A stretch of 16,899 bases of DNA from Deferribacterales bacterium. Its GTDB lineage: Bacteria; Chrysiogenota; Deferribacteres; Deferribacterales; Geovibrionaceae. The translations under genes and the position numbers were made by a program. Positions within the stretch are counted from its first letter, which is position 1. Each line of letters opens with the position of its first letter. The notes below the pieces were generated by a model, which was given only the letters and a program-made list of their open reading frames with translations, was not told the DNA's origin and searched no databases. Below, in pieces: positions 15,760 to 16,899 of this stretch. The DNA lies in NCBI GenBank assembly GCA_050253335.1, contig JBFWJG010000048.1, forward strand, positions 1 through 16,899. The letters run 5' to 3'.

Positions 15760-16899
15760 CTACATCATATCCGCAAAGCTTATATCCACAGCCAGAACTC
15801 CGGCGAAGCTGCCCCCCGCATCCTTCACGGGCACTGCCACGGTGAAGCAGAAGTTGTCAGTGGCAACAGACCTGTAAATATCTGTTACGTAAACATCTCC
15901 TGTCTCTTTAGGTTTTCTGAACCAGTCCCTCGTGCCCCAGTCGGAACCGACGGAAAGGCTGTCATTGGAATCGCGCACATTTCTGTTCCATATGTTGGGC
16001 GTTATCTGTCTGCCTCTGGCATCAGTTATGTATGCAAGCTCTATGTAGCTGTTGCGTTTGATGAATTGGTTCATATAGCCTTCTATGGAGGAGGCGTTCA
16101 TGGAGGTGACTTCTCTGCTTTTCGCGGCCTCCTGCGCAGCTTTCATGGCTTTTTCGTGTGAGCCTGTGCGGAAAACACCGACTGAAACAAGGAGGTCGTC
16201 GCACCCGCTGTTTATCTTATCAACTATACCGTTAAGCTGGGTCGCCAGTACCGACTGCTCCTCCGCGGCTGCGGCTATGCCGTCTATCTCCCCGACAACG
16301 GACTTCACGGTAACATCCTGCTCCTGTCCTGCCGCGGCTATGGTGTTCAGGTGTCTGTCAAGCTCGTCCATGTGAGTTGCCACATCCTCCAGAAGCTCCA
16401 CCGCCTCCTCGCTTATTTCCGCCGATTTCTCGACAGATGAAAGCACCTGCCCCACGGAGCCCATTGATGTTTCTATGCTGCTTTTGATGCTGTAGAGAAT
16501 CCCCTCCACCCCGTTTGTGGCTTCCATGGACTGCTCCGCCAGCTTGCGCACTTCCGTTGCCACAACGGCAAACCCGCGTCCGGCTTCGCCCGCTCTTGCC
16601 GCCTCTATGGATGCGTTGAGAGAGAGCAGGTTTGTCTGGTCAGCTATCTTTTTTATCATCTCCATTATGGAGCCTATCTTGCCGGACTGCTCGGAGAGTG
16701 CTTCCATCTGGTTTTTGAGCCCCGTGACCATCTCCCTGACTTCAAGCATGGATTTCTCGGAGAGGCGGCTTTTTTCCATGGCTATGCCTGCTGATTTGGT
16801 TATCTGCGAGGAATACTGAGTGGCTTCCAGCGTGCTGCCAGTCACATGCTCCACGGAAACAGCCATCTGCTGTCCTGCGGCGGCTATCTGCACGGCCTG
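15760..16899 (-). CDS. Methyl-accepting chemotaxis protein with a C-terminal Cache/PDC-like domain (5' part outside the window)
   Basis: [38 protein letters not shown] signalling hairpin. C-terminal AYITDARG...DWGTRDWF...TDIYRS...TVAVPVKD...GVLAVDI. The frame is open to the window edge. Confidence 0.93.
   Translation of the reverse strand, partial: QAVQIAAAGQQMAVSVEHVTGSTLEATQYSSQITKSAGIAMEKSRLSEKSMLEVREMVTGLKNQMEALSEQSGKIGSIMEMIKKIADQTNLLSLNASIEAARAGEAGRGFAVVATEVRKLAEQSMEATNGVEGILYSIKSSIETSMGSVGQVLSSVEKSAEISEEAVELLEDVATHMDELDRHLNTIAAAGQEQDVTVKSVVGEIDGIAAAAEEQSVLATQLNGIVDKINSGCDDLLVSVGVFRTGSHEKAMKAAQEAAKSREVTSMNASSIEGYMNQFIKRNSYIELAYITDARGRQITPNIWNRNVRDSNDSLSVGSDWGTRDWFRKPKETGDVYVTDIYRSVATDNFCFTVAVPVKDAGGSFAGVLAVDISFADMM

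Overview
Ordinary-looking bacterial chromosomal window (coding regions roughly 50% GC). The protein style suggests an anaerobic Gram-negative such as Deferribacterota, but that is only an impression. Left to right: the 3' end of a Ppx/GppA gene, a second full-length Ppx/GppA gene with degenerate ASKHA catalytic motifs, and ppk1 (all overlapping); an unlisted 43-aa Cys/Lys-rich microprotein; a cluster of REP/MITE-like repeats; potABCD on the minus strand; a ~590-bp AT-rich intergenic region; an orphan ORF; pncA-pncB with a structured leader; lysA; a second orphan ORF; rsmE and an AraC-family gene, both apparently leaderless; an EamA/DMT transporter; an inverted second copy of the MITE-like repeat; and the 3' part of a chemoreceptor with a C-terminal Cache/PDC-like domain. 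I see no CRISPR array, transposase, integrase, tRNA or rRNA. The best novelty candidates are the ppx / pseudo-ppx / ppk1 / microprotein module, the attenuator-like pncA leader, GGA-hairpin repeats resembling CsrA sites, and leaderless promoters. All are hypotheses from reading the sequence by eye.
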